Source of the DNA: Psammoneis japonica
Lineage: Eukaryota
Direction: 5' to 3'
Length of the DNA: 64,000 nucleotides
NCBI GenBank assembly: GCA_008632985.1
Contig: QPGO01000020.1
Coordinates: 248,001 to 312,000 of the forward strand
The translations under genes were made by a program, and so were the position numbers. How positions within the stretch are numbered: the stretch's first letter is position 1; each line of letters starts with the position of its first letter. A model generated the notes under the pieces. That model had not been told where the DNA came from, ran no database searches, and saw only the letters and a program-made list of their open reading frames with translations. Below are positions 1 to 12,700 of this stretch, piece after piece.

Positions 1-759
1 AGAGAGCGACGAGAACACTTCACCTAGATCCGATACTCCGAGTTCTTTCTTCAATATTTCATAGGCTTCTGCCGAGTCAAATGGCGATACTGCGTCTTGG
101 AGCTGCCTCAACTCTAGTGCATATGGAGCAGGGATCAAGTCCGTTCGAATCGACAGAGCTTGACCAAGCTTAATGAACGTCGGTCCCAACTGCTCGCACA
201 AGATCAATGCCTCCTTGCCCGAGCCGGCTCAGCCTTTTTAAGAGCAGTGTACTCTTCATCCTTGAAAAGCTTGCCGAGGACTAACCAATCAAAAAGAATG
301 CCAGTATTGAATGCTCCTGACAACAAGCCGAGCTTCAAAATACGCTTCAGTACCAGCAGAGGGCGCTTGCCATATACTCTTGACTGGCGGCGGGACTGTA
401 TGTGTTGGTGCCCGGCTCAAAAGGGCATCGAGCGATGAAAAGTCAATGGGCGCATCAATCCACGATTTCAACGCTGCGCCAAAGACCAAGGCGCCAATCG
501 CCGCGCCGTGCCACGTCGGGTTGGTGTCAATCAAGTCATTAATTAGGGAAGGAAGATTTTGGTACTGAACAACATTGCTGTCGAATGCCGTGAGTTGAGC
601 AGATGCATCTGTCAAAAACGTTGCCACAGCCTCTTCGGAGGGTAAGAACGAATATTTCAGCAGTGTTAAACTTGGTGGACGAACCGTTGACGATGGGGCA
701 AAGGAGCGTGATGTGCCTGCAAGAAACAGCACGCTGACGGCCGCTGTGAAACCTCTCAT
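1..759 (-). CDS. ABC1/UbiB-family atypical protein kinase, plastid-targeted, 3'-partial (runs off the window); three apparent -1 frameshifts
   Basis: ATG at 759, signal peptide ending TSRS-FAP (ASAFAP-like). Joining frames gives ...YGKRPLLVLKRILKLG...ALILCEQLGPTFIKLGQALSIRTDLIPAPYALELRQLQDAVSPF, the ABC1 signature. Frames join by adding one base to short homopolymers near 424, 380 and 215. Confidence 0.85.
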
Positions 760-1332
760 TTCGTCTCTCTAGGCGTTTGTTATTCGATGGCGAAACGATG
801 TGAGGCTGGGGCGGCTGCGATGTGAAGCTGGGGCCACTGCGCTGTTCCCCTGCCGTCCCCTGCGGTGATGAGAGAGGGTGGATCTGGGGTTGCTGCGTTG
901 TTGTTCCTCCACTGCATTCTGACCTGGTGTATGACAGTGACTGTAGACTAAATAGGCCTACAGTAGGAATGTTATGATGATTGAGTCGTGGTGGCGGAAC
1001 ATGCATCTCGCGCGACTGCGAATCAATCTCTCAAATCAAATCATCACGCAGAAGAATTCGAATCTTGTCAAAATGACTTTCTGGGACTCAATCCACGACC
1101 AAGACCTAGGCTACGGTACGTGTGTTGGAGCCGCGGCCACGTCACCTCGTTCAGACTCCAACTCATCGCGATTTCGTCATCATTTGTTGTCGCCGGGAAC
1201 AGTTTGGAACGATTCGATAAACAAACTGACATCACTTCCGGTGTCGCTACATACGTCGCATTTCTCATTTTGCCTATCGTTTGTTGCCAGAACCCTCGTT
1301 TACTACATTTTGCTGCTCAATCAATTGAAGTC

Positions 1333-4319
1333 ATGACATGCTCCTGCAAGAAGTGCAGTGAAAAGTTTGGCGATGCCGTTGACGATGGCATTGCTGGAGC
1401 GTATGGAAAGCTCGGGTCCTTCGTTGGCCATCGCCCCAGACTTACGATTATCATTTCTTTTATTATTGCTGCCATCTTTGGTGTCGGCTTCATGAACTTC
1501 ACCACGGAGAGCCGACCCGAAAAGCTGTGGGTGCCCCAAGGAACGCAAGCAGAAGTGGAGCAGGAAATCTTCGAGACCTACTGGAGCTCTACCGCTCGTT
1601 TTCAGAACATAATTGTTCAACCAAGCCAAGGGGAGAACGTGTTGACCCAGACTGCCCTGGAAGATGCGATGCGCATGCACACGGAAATCGAAACCAAGGT
1701 TGCAACCGTCGAGAATGAAAAGTATGTTCTTACAGACTTGTGTACCAAGAGTGGAGGTACATGCGTGGACCAGTCCGCAGGACCGGTCTGCCAGTGCCGC
1801 ATTACAAGCATTCTAAAGAGCTGGGACTACTCGCTCGAAAAGCTTCAGAATGACACAGACTTTATGGCTACGCTTCAACAGTACGGCACTCGTGAGGACC
1901 TTGAGGCCGTCTTGGGAAACTCGGTCTGGACGGACGATGACCAGCTGGTGTCCGCCGAGGCGTTCAGTTTGTCGTACTTTCTTGAGGACCGATCCAAGGT
2001 CGAGAACGGAGAAGAAATCGATCCCATCAACGAAGGATGGGAAGATCAAGTGTTTTTGAAGGTTGCTGAAAATGTCAAAAATACCTACGCGAGCCTAAAG
2101 GTGGATTACTTCGCGGCTCGAAGTTTCAGCGACGAGTTTGGTGATGCCATCCAAGGTGACATCCTTCTCGTCATGGTATCCTACGTTATTGTTTTTGTCT
2201 TTGTGGGCGCAACCATGGGCAAGATTAGATGCGGACCGGGCTCTCGCTGGACAATGGCACTTGCGGCACTTGTTGTGGTCGGGATCTCAGTCGTTGCTGG
2301 ATTCGGACTCAGTAGCATGTTTAGCTTGATTTTCTCCCCAGTCCACCAGCTGTTGCCCTTTGTACTTCTCGGACTTGGAGGTGAGTTGTCAACGCGCCCC
2401 ATCATCTCTCATAGCGGCTCTCTGTTTCTCATGCTCACATGTCTGTTGCTGTTTTCCTTCCTCTGTATAGTCGACGATGCATTTGTCATTGTTAACGCAT
2501 TCGATCGTGAGCGGAAGGGACCTCGTTCTCACGAGACCAACAGAGATCTGGCAGAGCGCACTAGCAGGTCGCTGGCTAGGGCTGGTTCGTCCATCCTGGT
2601 CACGTCCTTGACGGACATAGTCGCGTTTGCAATTAGTGCCAACTCCGCGCTTCCCGCCTTGGCCTCCTTTGGTGTAAGCCATGAAAGGTGACCGTTGTGG
2701 TTCCCTGAATTGAAAAATCTAACATTATTCTTTTCATTTGCTCTTGACAGGCTTTTGCTGCCATTTGTATCTTCTTCCTTTGGACTTTTGCAGCTACTTT
2801 CTTCACCGCTTGCCTCAACTTTGATGAACGCCGTCAACGGGATAACCGCAGAGAGATCTTGTGCTGCGTCAGGCGCAAGGGCGAAATTGAAGATGATACG
2901 TACGAAGAAGGAAGGATGGCGTCCTTTTTCCGCAATTACCACGGACCAGCCATCATGTCAAAAATTGGAAAAGCTGTTGTTCTCATTGTATTTGCTGGGC
3001 TTGTTGCGTTTGGAATCTATGGAGCCATTTCACTTCCAGTCGAAGATTCCAGCAGAAGTTTCGTCCCTGCAGGGAGCTACTTGAACAGCTGGCTCGATGC
3101 AACTGACGAGTACTTCCCAGATCAGGGAATTGATCTCTTTATTACTTTCGAGGGTAGTTCCGATATCTATGCCGCCCGCGAATCTCTTTCGGAACTTGAC
3201 TCTCGCGTGGCCGGAAAGTCTACAGCGCCTCCATACATTTCGGAGCCTGTCTCAGATGAAGCATACCGCAACGTCATGGATGACTTTGCCACATACTTGA
3301 ATACTTCGGGCACTTCTGCCATTGGCGGCGCGGAGCTTGGGGACGATGGATGGCCGACGAGCGAAGCCGACTTTGTTTCATCGCTTGCTCAGTACGCTAA
3401 CGTCACTGGTCCGGGTGCAAAGTTCGCTCGTGATGTGTCCTTCTCTCAAGACGGAATGAAACTGAATGCCTATCGCGTTGAGCTTGAATACGTAAAGCTC
3501 GTCAAGATCAACAGTCGGTCTGGTGAGCTTATTCCTGATGCTGATAAGCAAATTGAGGCAATGGACGCCACTCGTGACATGGTGGAAAGCTGGGACGATC
3601 TCCCTACGGCCTCCCCATACTCTGATGAATACCAAAGCATTGAAGGTTACAAGGTTATCAAGAAGGAGCTCTGGCTCAACGTTGGGCTAGCGCTTGCATG
3701 TGTGACTGTGATTGTGTTTTGCACCGTGGCCAACGTTGTCGCCGCACTCTTGATTGCATTCACCGTTGCTTGCTGCGTTATTGAAATCTTGGGCTTCATG
3801 TGGGCTCTTGAAATTGTGATTGACTCTGTCAGTGTCATCAACCTTGTTTTGGCAGTCGGTCTCTCCGTCGATTACAGTGCGCACGTTGGACATTGTTTCA
3901 TGACAAAGGGCGGTGACGACAAGAACAAGCGTGCAATCGAGTCTCTTGCCGACATCGGAGCAGCTGTGCTGCAGGGAGCCACGACCACTTTCTTGGCCGT
4001 CGTGGTGCTGCTTTTCTCTTCTTCCTACGTGTTTGAAGTCTTGTCAAGACAGTTTGCCATGACGGTCGTTCTGGGAGTTTTCCACGGAATTTTTGTTCTG
4101 CCCGTGCTTCTTTCCCTTATCGGGCCCAAACCATACTCCTCCGCCAAGTCGCCTGAAGAAGAAGAGGAAGAAGCTGCCGAAAAATCCGAAAAGATCGATA
4201 CCACCGCTCATCCAGGAGGCTTTGAAAGTAGCAGTGATGATGACTCCAACGAAAAGAAAGGTGACGCCGCTGAGGCCGAACCTTTGGAAGATGTCGAGCT
4301 GACCGAAGATAAGGAATAG
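1333..4319 (+). CDS. Patched/NPC1-like sterol-sensing-domain (RND) membrane protein; join(1333..2380,2471..2673,2751..4319)
   Basis: Motifs LPFVLLGLGVDDAFVI, GSSILVTSLTD and NLVLAVGLSVDYSAHVGH; two TM bundles with lumenal loops. GT-AG introns at 2381-2470 and 2674-2750 restore one frame. Confidence 0.93.
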
Positions 4320-4739
4320 AGGGGAAGGATGTTTTGTTGTATCTTATCATATCATCTATTGTAAATCATATCAATTTTGTTTGCAAGTTCATACCAGTAG
4401 TTGTCGGGTTGCTACTACGACGAAGGCAGTGAACGAGTTTGATAGAAAAACGGTTGCATTTCCAATAATGGTGTCCGACGACCAACCTTGTATCCTTCCA
4501 TCGTTTACAACTTCCTAGACGTGATGAATGGGGGCCTACCCCCTCATCACGCACAGCAGTTTTGTCGTTACAAGCAAGGCTATCTGCCTGACTCAGAACA
4601 GCTTGGAGTAGTGTGTATCTTCCGTCAGCCAACGGTCCGCTAGAATCTTGAATCGGCGAAATGGGGTACGATTACGGTAGGCCTAGCCGCTCTTCTCTCT
4701 TCCCACGTCGTTATGGTCTCCCAGGCGTACTCAACCAGA

Positions 4740-5454
4740 TGATCACAATTTTGATCCGTTTCTCTTTTTTGGATTGGATATTTCCAGGTTCAAGGTACCC
4801 GCTGGATGGCGAGATCTACACGAACTCTTTTACTGAATGGCGTAAGGTAGTCTGTAAGTAGAGCTTTCTCAATTTAGAACTCTCGATTTTTTCATTACTA
4901 GCATCTCCACAGCCCTACCTAGCAAGGGAACGAGCGAGGTGAATAAGAAGGGAATCGAAATGAAAGAGGAAGATGCCACGAACTAAATGTTGCCTATTGT
5001 CCGAAAGAGAGAGGGTTGGAAAAGAAATGCACAGATCATTTTGTATGTCTGCGACTTGTTCCGTGCCGTGGGGCTAAAGGCAAGTGCATAGGTGGTGCAT
5101 TTAGCGGTACTTTAATAATCTAGCTAGTTGGTGCATGAAAGCGAGTTGGGCAGCCATAAGAATAGCAGGGTCCTACTGTACACGTAGCTACGTAAAACCA
5201 AAGTTCTCTTGAATGATTTTGAAGCAGTTTACGATGGACTAAAATGAAGGACAAATGTCAGCTTTCCAAGACGCATCGAGATCCTTTCGATGTTGTCAAT
5301 CAGAGGTGGCGCTAACCTCCTCTGTCACTACTAGTCACTAGAGAGACCCGCTCTACAGTACTGTAGCTACCGTCGGCTAGAGACTAGAGAGGCGACTTAT
5401 GAGGCACGGGGTGATCACAATTTTCATCGGTTTCTTTTTTTTGGATTGGTTTTC
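4740..5454. repeat. Imperfect ~43-bp direct repeat (4740-4784 and 5412-5454)
   Basis: TGATCACAATTTTGATCCGTTTCTCTTTTTTGGATTGGA versus TGATCACAATTTTCATCGGTTTCTTTTTTTTGGATTGGT. Confidence 0.7.
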
Positions 5455-5799
5455 GAATGCTTTATACAGTTTCGGTTAAACAATATATTATTTTTGGCGA
5501 TCGGACATTTTGATAAGAAGATTGTGGTACGACACCCTCGCACGTTTCTACGATAAATCCGCAATCACAAAAATCAAACCTTGCTTGCCACGCCAAAATC
5601 TCAGCACCCTAAAGACCACACACAATTCACGATGCTTTCAAAATCAATCACATCCACGATGTAACAATAAACCATGAGATGCAATCACTCCACCCGCACC
5701 ATTCCAATGGAAGCCATGGGCCGAGCTCGAATGACATAGAAGACTTCCGAGGGGAGGAAAAGAAGCCGGCCGCCAACCGAAGCGGAGCTCGAACGTGAC

Positions 5800-8700
5800 A
5801 CGCAGCTTTCGAGAATCGGAAGCCTTCCGAAACGTCTCCAATGGCAGCCGCTCATTCAGGTGACTGCCACTCCAAATGAACATGAAACCTCCAATGTGCG
5901 TTTGCTTGACGAGTCGACGGAATCGACTGCCTTGGGACCACACACACCATCCGAAGGCATTTTGAGACCGTCACGTTTGCCAGTTTTGCCGGAGCTTTCT
6001 GGATGGTTGCCAATTTGCATGTGTTCAGATGAATCAAGGCTCCTCCAGTGTTGCAGCCAGTGCTCGCAGCGCAATCACTTCGCAAGTGTCATGCAACGGA
6101 TTGCCGGCCAGTCTTCGAATGAATGCCTCTTTGTCGATGAGTGCTCGGGTGACAAGAGAAAATGTCCAAACAACAGGGAGTGCAATTCTCGGAAGCGCTG
6201 TCGCACATCCACTGTCATGTTGTTCCCAGTCTTGAGGAGAGCAATGACCATGGAGAAAATCATCTTTCTTCCATGTCGAGTCGCGTGTGTCAAAACCTCC
6301 ATTTCAAGTCCATTCGTGCTCCAAGGAAAAGTCGAATGAACATTCACTCCAAACCCGATCATTCCTTGTACTTTATGGAATGCTTTGCGGCACAGGAATC
6401 TTCAGATGGACGTTTCATAGACAAGTTTTCTGGCATGACAAGAAAGTCCTCGAACCGAATGCTGCGTCCTCGGAAACGACGCCCAGTCATGCGTGACGAA
6501 ACTGACGTGAGTGATTGCCTTGGACTCAGTTCCAGTCCTGAGAGGGGAAGTCAGAGAGCAAGTGTTTTTTGTCTTTCCCGACATGTTTCATCCAACATCC
6601 ATTTGCGATTGACCAAAACTGTGCTGCTGCTTTTGCTCTGCGATCACAGCATGTGCCTGAGCAGTCCATTCAACACGAGGCATCTGCCATCGCACCTGCC
6701 ACTGCGAGAAAGATTCCTTCTGACGCGCGATGACGTTCATTTCAGATGAGGATCAAGAGGCAACGGCACCCAAAGTGGTCTCTGTGTTGCAAGATGCTCC
6801 TTCCAACTCCAATGCATTTGTTTCAAATCAGCACAATGAGATGTGTGGACAACCACCAGAAGAGGATCATGCAACTGTTTCCGTCCCAGACGATCCCACC
6901 CACGAAATGGCATCAGCCGTGGCACCTTTGGTGCAAGAGGCTCATTCCAATGACAAAACTTCTGTTCCAAATCAATGCATTGGTGTGGTTGAAGGACACG
7001 CACAAGCACGAGAATCCCTCATTGCGGACACCAGTGCCTCTGTCATTCCCATCATTGTTCCAAGGCGGTCCACTCGGATGGGAAGTGGTTCGTTGAACGA
7101 CAATGCCATTCAGGAGAGGGCGTTGGCCGTGGTGCTTTTGGCACAAGAGACTTCTTCCAATGACGATGCTTGCATTTGCGCAGTTGAATCGTTGGTGGAA
7201 GAACGGGCGGGAGAAGAACGCGTGCAAGTGCAAGAATCCCTCATTGCGGACACCAGTGCTGCTGTGGCTCCCATCGTTGTTCCAAAGTGGTCCCCTCTGT
7301 TGGGCAATGGTTCATTCAACAACCATGAGACGGTGTTGGCCGTGGTGCCCTTGGTGCAAGAGGCTCCATCAAACGATGACACTTCTGTTCCAAATCAACG
7401 CAATGGCTTTGCTGAAGCATTGGCAGAGGAACAGGTGGCAGCAGAAGGCATCCAAGTGCATGCATCCCTCATTGCGGATGCTGGTGCTTCTGTCATTCCA
7501 AGGCGGTCTGTTCGGCTTGGGGAAGCTCTTGGCAGTGTGCATCTTCTTGCCGCAGATGGGTGAACTGTTCGAAGGTCGGCCAGAATCTTGAACCGTCGGG
7601 GAAGAGTCGTGCAGCAGTTTGAGTGCTTTTGGGAGTTTAGAAATGCATGGGAAGAGAAAGGAGCGGGAGTCAGAGAGAGAAACATGGAATGGAGAGAGGA
7701 GCGGAGCTCAGAGAGAGAGATGGGGATTGAAGTGTTCAGAAAGGAGAAAGCATCGATTTGCAAGGGTCCCAGAGAGATCAAGAAAGGAAGAAAATGAATT
7801 CAGGGAAATGGCGAGGCAAGGAAAAGATTGAGATTGGCAAGGACTTGGGCAGTGACACTCACACTTGCTTTTGTCTGCTTCAGCGGTTTCAAATGGAAAG
7901 ATTGAGTGTGTCGGAGAGTTGTCTGACCACATTGTGGCTTCGTGAGTGTGAGTGATCAAGGTCCTGTTGCTTTCGTGTGTGACGATCGGCAAGTTGCGGG
8001 TGAGCAGCGTCATTCTGTCGAGCAGAGAATCTTCGTGGTGCCTGCAGTTCGGCACATGCCATGTGCAGCACGTGGCACCTTTACATTCAACATCACGGAT
8101 TCAGCTTTGAGGCATTGAAAACTTGACGACAGACTCAACATTCCATTTTGGACCGGAAAGCACCATCAGCCGTGGACATGTGGCACTTGGAGTGTGATCG
8201 GATCCAGCCTCATTTCTGCAATGAAGCACTTGATGATTTTTAACACCTTTGCCAGTCGGAAAGTTTTCTGTTGGGGTTTTACACAAAACAGCTGGTGTGA
8301 TTGTGTTAGATTCATTTGGCATGCATGCAAACAGTTGTGAAGCCACAAGTTCAGATGCACATTGAAAGCGAGCACGTGCCTTGACGCTCGTTCGCCATCA
8401 TTGTTTTTGACCTTGTCAAATTGAAAACAGTGCTCGACTGTGGCATTCCATCAGTTGATGGTCGATCTTGTTGACCGGTGCCTGTGATCGCATGCGCTGG
8501 AAAAAGTGTCTTCACATCATTCTTCACAGACCCGAAAGCAGGAGCTTCGCATTTTAAAGGTGCAAAAAGAAGCAGCAAAACAAGCGCAACCAGAACCCTG
8601 CTTTTTGGAAGCACCGATTAAGCAAAACGATGCATGATCACTCACAGAAAAATTGAGTTGGAAATGTACATGCGAAAGAGCCATTGGCATTTGACACAGA

Positions 8701-9450
8701 GAGGAGAAATCAAAATCCTTTTTGTCTCGCATTTCAAATGGATCTTTGACAAGAAATGCGAACTTTTCTCCTTGCTGGGTCCCGGTGGCAACACTTGTGC
8801 CGAGAAACGACCAAAAAGAAAGCAGGATTAGAACCCAAGTACAGTGCAAGCTCAGCACCTCTCTAAATGTGCTGAACAACAGCAGAAATGCCTCAACAAG
8901 CGGCTGGGGCCCTGGAAAATGCCAGCGCAAATCGGCGCTGATTTCCTTCGTGCTTGACTGACTCGGCATGGTCTTTGTTAAGAGAGCCGAATGGCAGACA
9001 CAGCTGGGAATGTCATCGTTGATGGCACATGGCTTGACAAACCATGGAACAAATGTTTTGCATGCTTGACTTTTGACAAGACCTTGCTGCGGTGAAGCAA
9101 GTGGCTGACTCTCCACGCGCATCCTGAAGCTGCAAAACAAACCTGTCGTCCTCAACGAGACAGTGCAACTGACTGTGCACATCCCATTAAAAGTCCGCAG
9201 CCGCAATGTTGCCTGTGCACTGTGTGTGAGAACTCTGGATGAAATGCAACAAACTGGAGCACCTCATTCCCCCGCCAACGTTGATGCAAAAAACTGTGCC
9301 GCTGCTCCTTCTCGCTTGTTGTGGAGAGGCAGAAGGCAGAAGGACAGAATGAATGCTTGCACTCTCAACTCACTCCCTGTTTGTCCAGACACTGCACAGG
9401 ATGAGAGATGCTGGATCCAATGCAGCGCCTGCTCTTCAAGTGCTTGTTAG
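5800..9450. other. TpA-depleted block A (CpG largely retained)
   Basis: Hand count for 6721-7320: 0 TA, about 27 CG. ORFs in the block have almost no Tyr. Confidence 0.9.
6730..7600 (+). pseudogene. Mutated member of an acidic Ala/Val/Pro-repeat protein family ending in RRSxRL...GSVxLL...GRxVRRSARI
   Basis: Three internal repeats (VxPLVQEAxSNDxTSVPNQ...ESLIADTSA). C-terminus RRSVRLGEALGSVHLLAADG*TVRRSARILNRR matches the end of the 58896..60110 ORF; the TGA at 7561 sits where Arg (CGA) is expected. Confidence 0.7.
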
Positions 9451-9740
9451 ATAAATGATCGCAGATCGGTTTGTCAGCTTCAATGAGAAATCTCCACGTG
9501 GAGTGCAGTCAGCAAACGCTGTAACCCGGAGACCCACGATTCAGACTCGAATGAATCCAACGGAAGCGTTGATCCGTGACTGGTACGATTTCTCCATCCA
9601 TCCCATCCGCACACGGCATTTTGCGTGTACGGTATGCAACCAAACCGACCGACAACACCGTCACGCCAAAGTCCAATATTCATTGTGTTTCTCCTTCGTT
9701 ATTGACTTGCCACACTGAAGGGATCGGACGTAACCAACAC

Positions 9741-12700
9741 ATGGCATCGTCCACTTCCCAATCGACCGAGGGTCCGTCCTGGTTTGGCCGTTCACGTAGC
9801 GAATCGAATGTGGAGCGGCAAGTCGCCATGGAGGCAGTTCATAAGAAGCGACTAGCCATGATATTGCGGTACATTGCAACGATGCATCATTCGGCCAGTC
9901 AAGACGCCGGGTTTGTAAGGAATGAAGTCCTTGACGGTGATGTCAAACACCTGTGGACATCGGACTTCTTCAGTCAGATCGATGATGCCGACAGCGATGA
10001 AACGAGCCGCGTTCTCTTTTCAACTTCAGATTTTGCGCGTCTCGTGAGCCCGGAACTCAACAGCAGTACCGTATTTTCTTCTGCTCCTTTTTCGTTTTAT
10101 GCGGCAGACTCGTCGTCTCCTCCGCTAAGCGAAAACGTACATTAGCGGGAACAATTAAGGACAGCATCACCATTCTATCCTCCAGCTTGGGCCCGAACGC
10201 TCTGGCAGACGATCGTGCTTGCTGGCTTCGTTTGACCCGAGTTCCAAAGGAATCTCCCCCAGCTGTAAATTCCTCTGCTATTCGAGAGTATCTCACCAAT
10301 TGGAAGGCACGCTCCGCCGCTACCTCCTTCAAGGCTCTACTCACTCTCGACAATTTAAAGCACGCCCCAAAGCTTGCACCCGGCAATAAGTTGGACCATC
10401 AAGATATAAAGTCGTTCCTGCGTCGGTACAAGAAATATTTAATCAGAAAGAAGACGAGAACTTGTTTGGAACCCATGTATAACCAGCTATTCGAATGGCT
10501 TCAGCAACACGGTAGTGGTGGCAGTCACGAAGAACTCGTATGGGGCTTGGGAATGCAAGATTTCTTTACCAGGCAGAAGCTTCCACTGTGGTGGTTAATG
10601 GTCCACTTCTTGAGATTCTGGTCGAGGTTGAACTCGCTCGCGACGGAGCCTTGCTGGTCCGCCCGAGACAACACACGGGTGTGTCGTTGAATCGTCAGGT
10701 TGTCTCAGCAATTGCACAAGACAGAACTTCTTCGCACGAAACGCTTTCAACATTGTACAAGAGTGTTGCGGAAATGGAAACAACGCAAATATCACCGGGA
10801 CAGCCTACGAGCTACACGCCATTTCTAAAGCGAATGGCTGTACAGCTTGCTCCCAATGGCAGTTTTGCATCTTCATCCGAGCTCAACACTAATGACATGG
10901 ATGGTCTGGTAGTGACGGATGCTTGGTGTTTGTTTTGTCGGCCAAAGCCAAGTACGGTATGGGCAAGAGACGCCTCAAATTTGGCGGATCAGCTACTCCA
11001 GGAGAACATGGCATCGGCGAGCCTTTCTCAAAACACTCTTCCTCGAGCATCTTGGGCCCTCACGCATGGAGTAGGCGCACTCGAGGAGTCCTCGTATACC
11101 CAAGACGCTTCTTCAACCGGCCAAAAGAATGTGCTACAGTCCATCAAATCAGCGTTGCTTGGTGACCAAGATTCTGTTCCACCGACTCCTACGAAACCGC
11201 TTTTTGCACTGCCCACGTCGGATTCACAAGATTTGATTGCTGATTTGTTGCTTTCCCGTGGAGTTCCAGCTGTCGTCTGTGAAGGGCCGCCGGGTACCGG
11301 TAAAACTCACACCATTGCCAATATTGTGTGTGCCTATCTCTGTCAAGGGAAACGAGTGTGCGTAACTTCCAAGGGCGCCCCAGCGCTGTCGGTTTTGCGA
11401 CAGCGATTACCACCCTGTGTGCAAGAACTTTGTGTGGATGTATCCATGAGCGAGTCCATGGGAATGAGGCAGCTTCAACAGACGGTCGAGCGCTTGGCGG
11501 ATCGTGTCTCGTGTGTCAACACTGACGTTCAAACAGAAAAGTGCCGGTTGCTGAAGCAAAACATTGATGAACTGGAAGATGAACTGCTAGAAATCGACAA
11601 GAAACTCGAATCTCACAGCGAGGCGAAGCGCCGTCTACTCACAAGCCTTCATGGCCAGGAACTCGCTGAAACCTCCCTCTCGCTTATATCGTCTGCACCG
11701 TGGCTCATGAAGACGGCTGCAAAATGGACCCTTGCAGAGACAAAGGCTTTCTGCAAGCGCGCAGAATCTATTTTAAAGTTACAAGAGAAAGACCCAATTG
11801 ATTTGGTTGACGGCTTTTCCTCTCCCGCCGCTGATGCGCTTGTCTCTAGCGTTGCTGCCAATGCTGGTGTCGCTCTTTCTGCAGTACGCAGTACCGCACG
11901 TAAAACCGTAGCGTCGATTCCTGGCTTGGGGAGCTTATCAGGCCTGAGTCAGAAGCAGGAGCAGGCTGAGGAAATGTTGGGTATGCTGAGAGTTAATGGC
12001 GAACCTCCACAGTCCAAGGCAGATTGGCAACTTGCTCTTGCAGCGTTGAACCACGGCAGGAGTCTCCATTTCTTCCACAATGATGTGATGAATGCATTGA
12101 TTAGCAGAGAAGGGTGGCCTCTGGATGAAGTATACAGTGAACGAAATGGAAGCAGGAGAATTTCACAGAAGTTTATGGAAATGGCCCAAACGACCCTTCG
12201 ATTGAAACAGCTGGCTAGTACGATAAACGCAGAGGACGAACTGAAGGAGTCGATTGAATGTGGGCTGCAGGATTCTCGTCGAACAAAAATTACAGCCAGA
12301 ATTCAGGTATTGGCTGAGAGTATGGTTGAGGCAACTGTCGTGACAGAACTTCGCCGAACTTTTTCTGTAGAGGCTCAAAGCAGTCTCATCAAATTTGCGC
12401 AAGTCGCAGGGAAAACCCGATTCAACAAATCTTCCCTTCCTTCGAAAATGTCGCAGCGCCAGAGACGTCACAGACAAGAGTATCTTGATGCCTTTGAACG
12501 ATGTGTGCGATACACGCCGTGCTGGATATTGACTTCCTCGCAGATTAGTGATTATCTCCCTTCCGAGTCTGGCTTGTTCGATTTAGTCGTCATTGACGAA
12601 GCTTCTCAGAGTGATATAACAGTGCTCCCAGGTATGCTTCGAGGTAAACAGTGGCTTATCGTTGGTGACGGGAAACAAGTCAGTCCTACGGAAAGCTTCA

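Noticed and set aside
988..1332. N-terminal extension of the Patched-like ORF
   Set aside because: Starts at a non-ATG codon and looks like promoter/UTR; ATG 1333 gives the normal family N-terminus.
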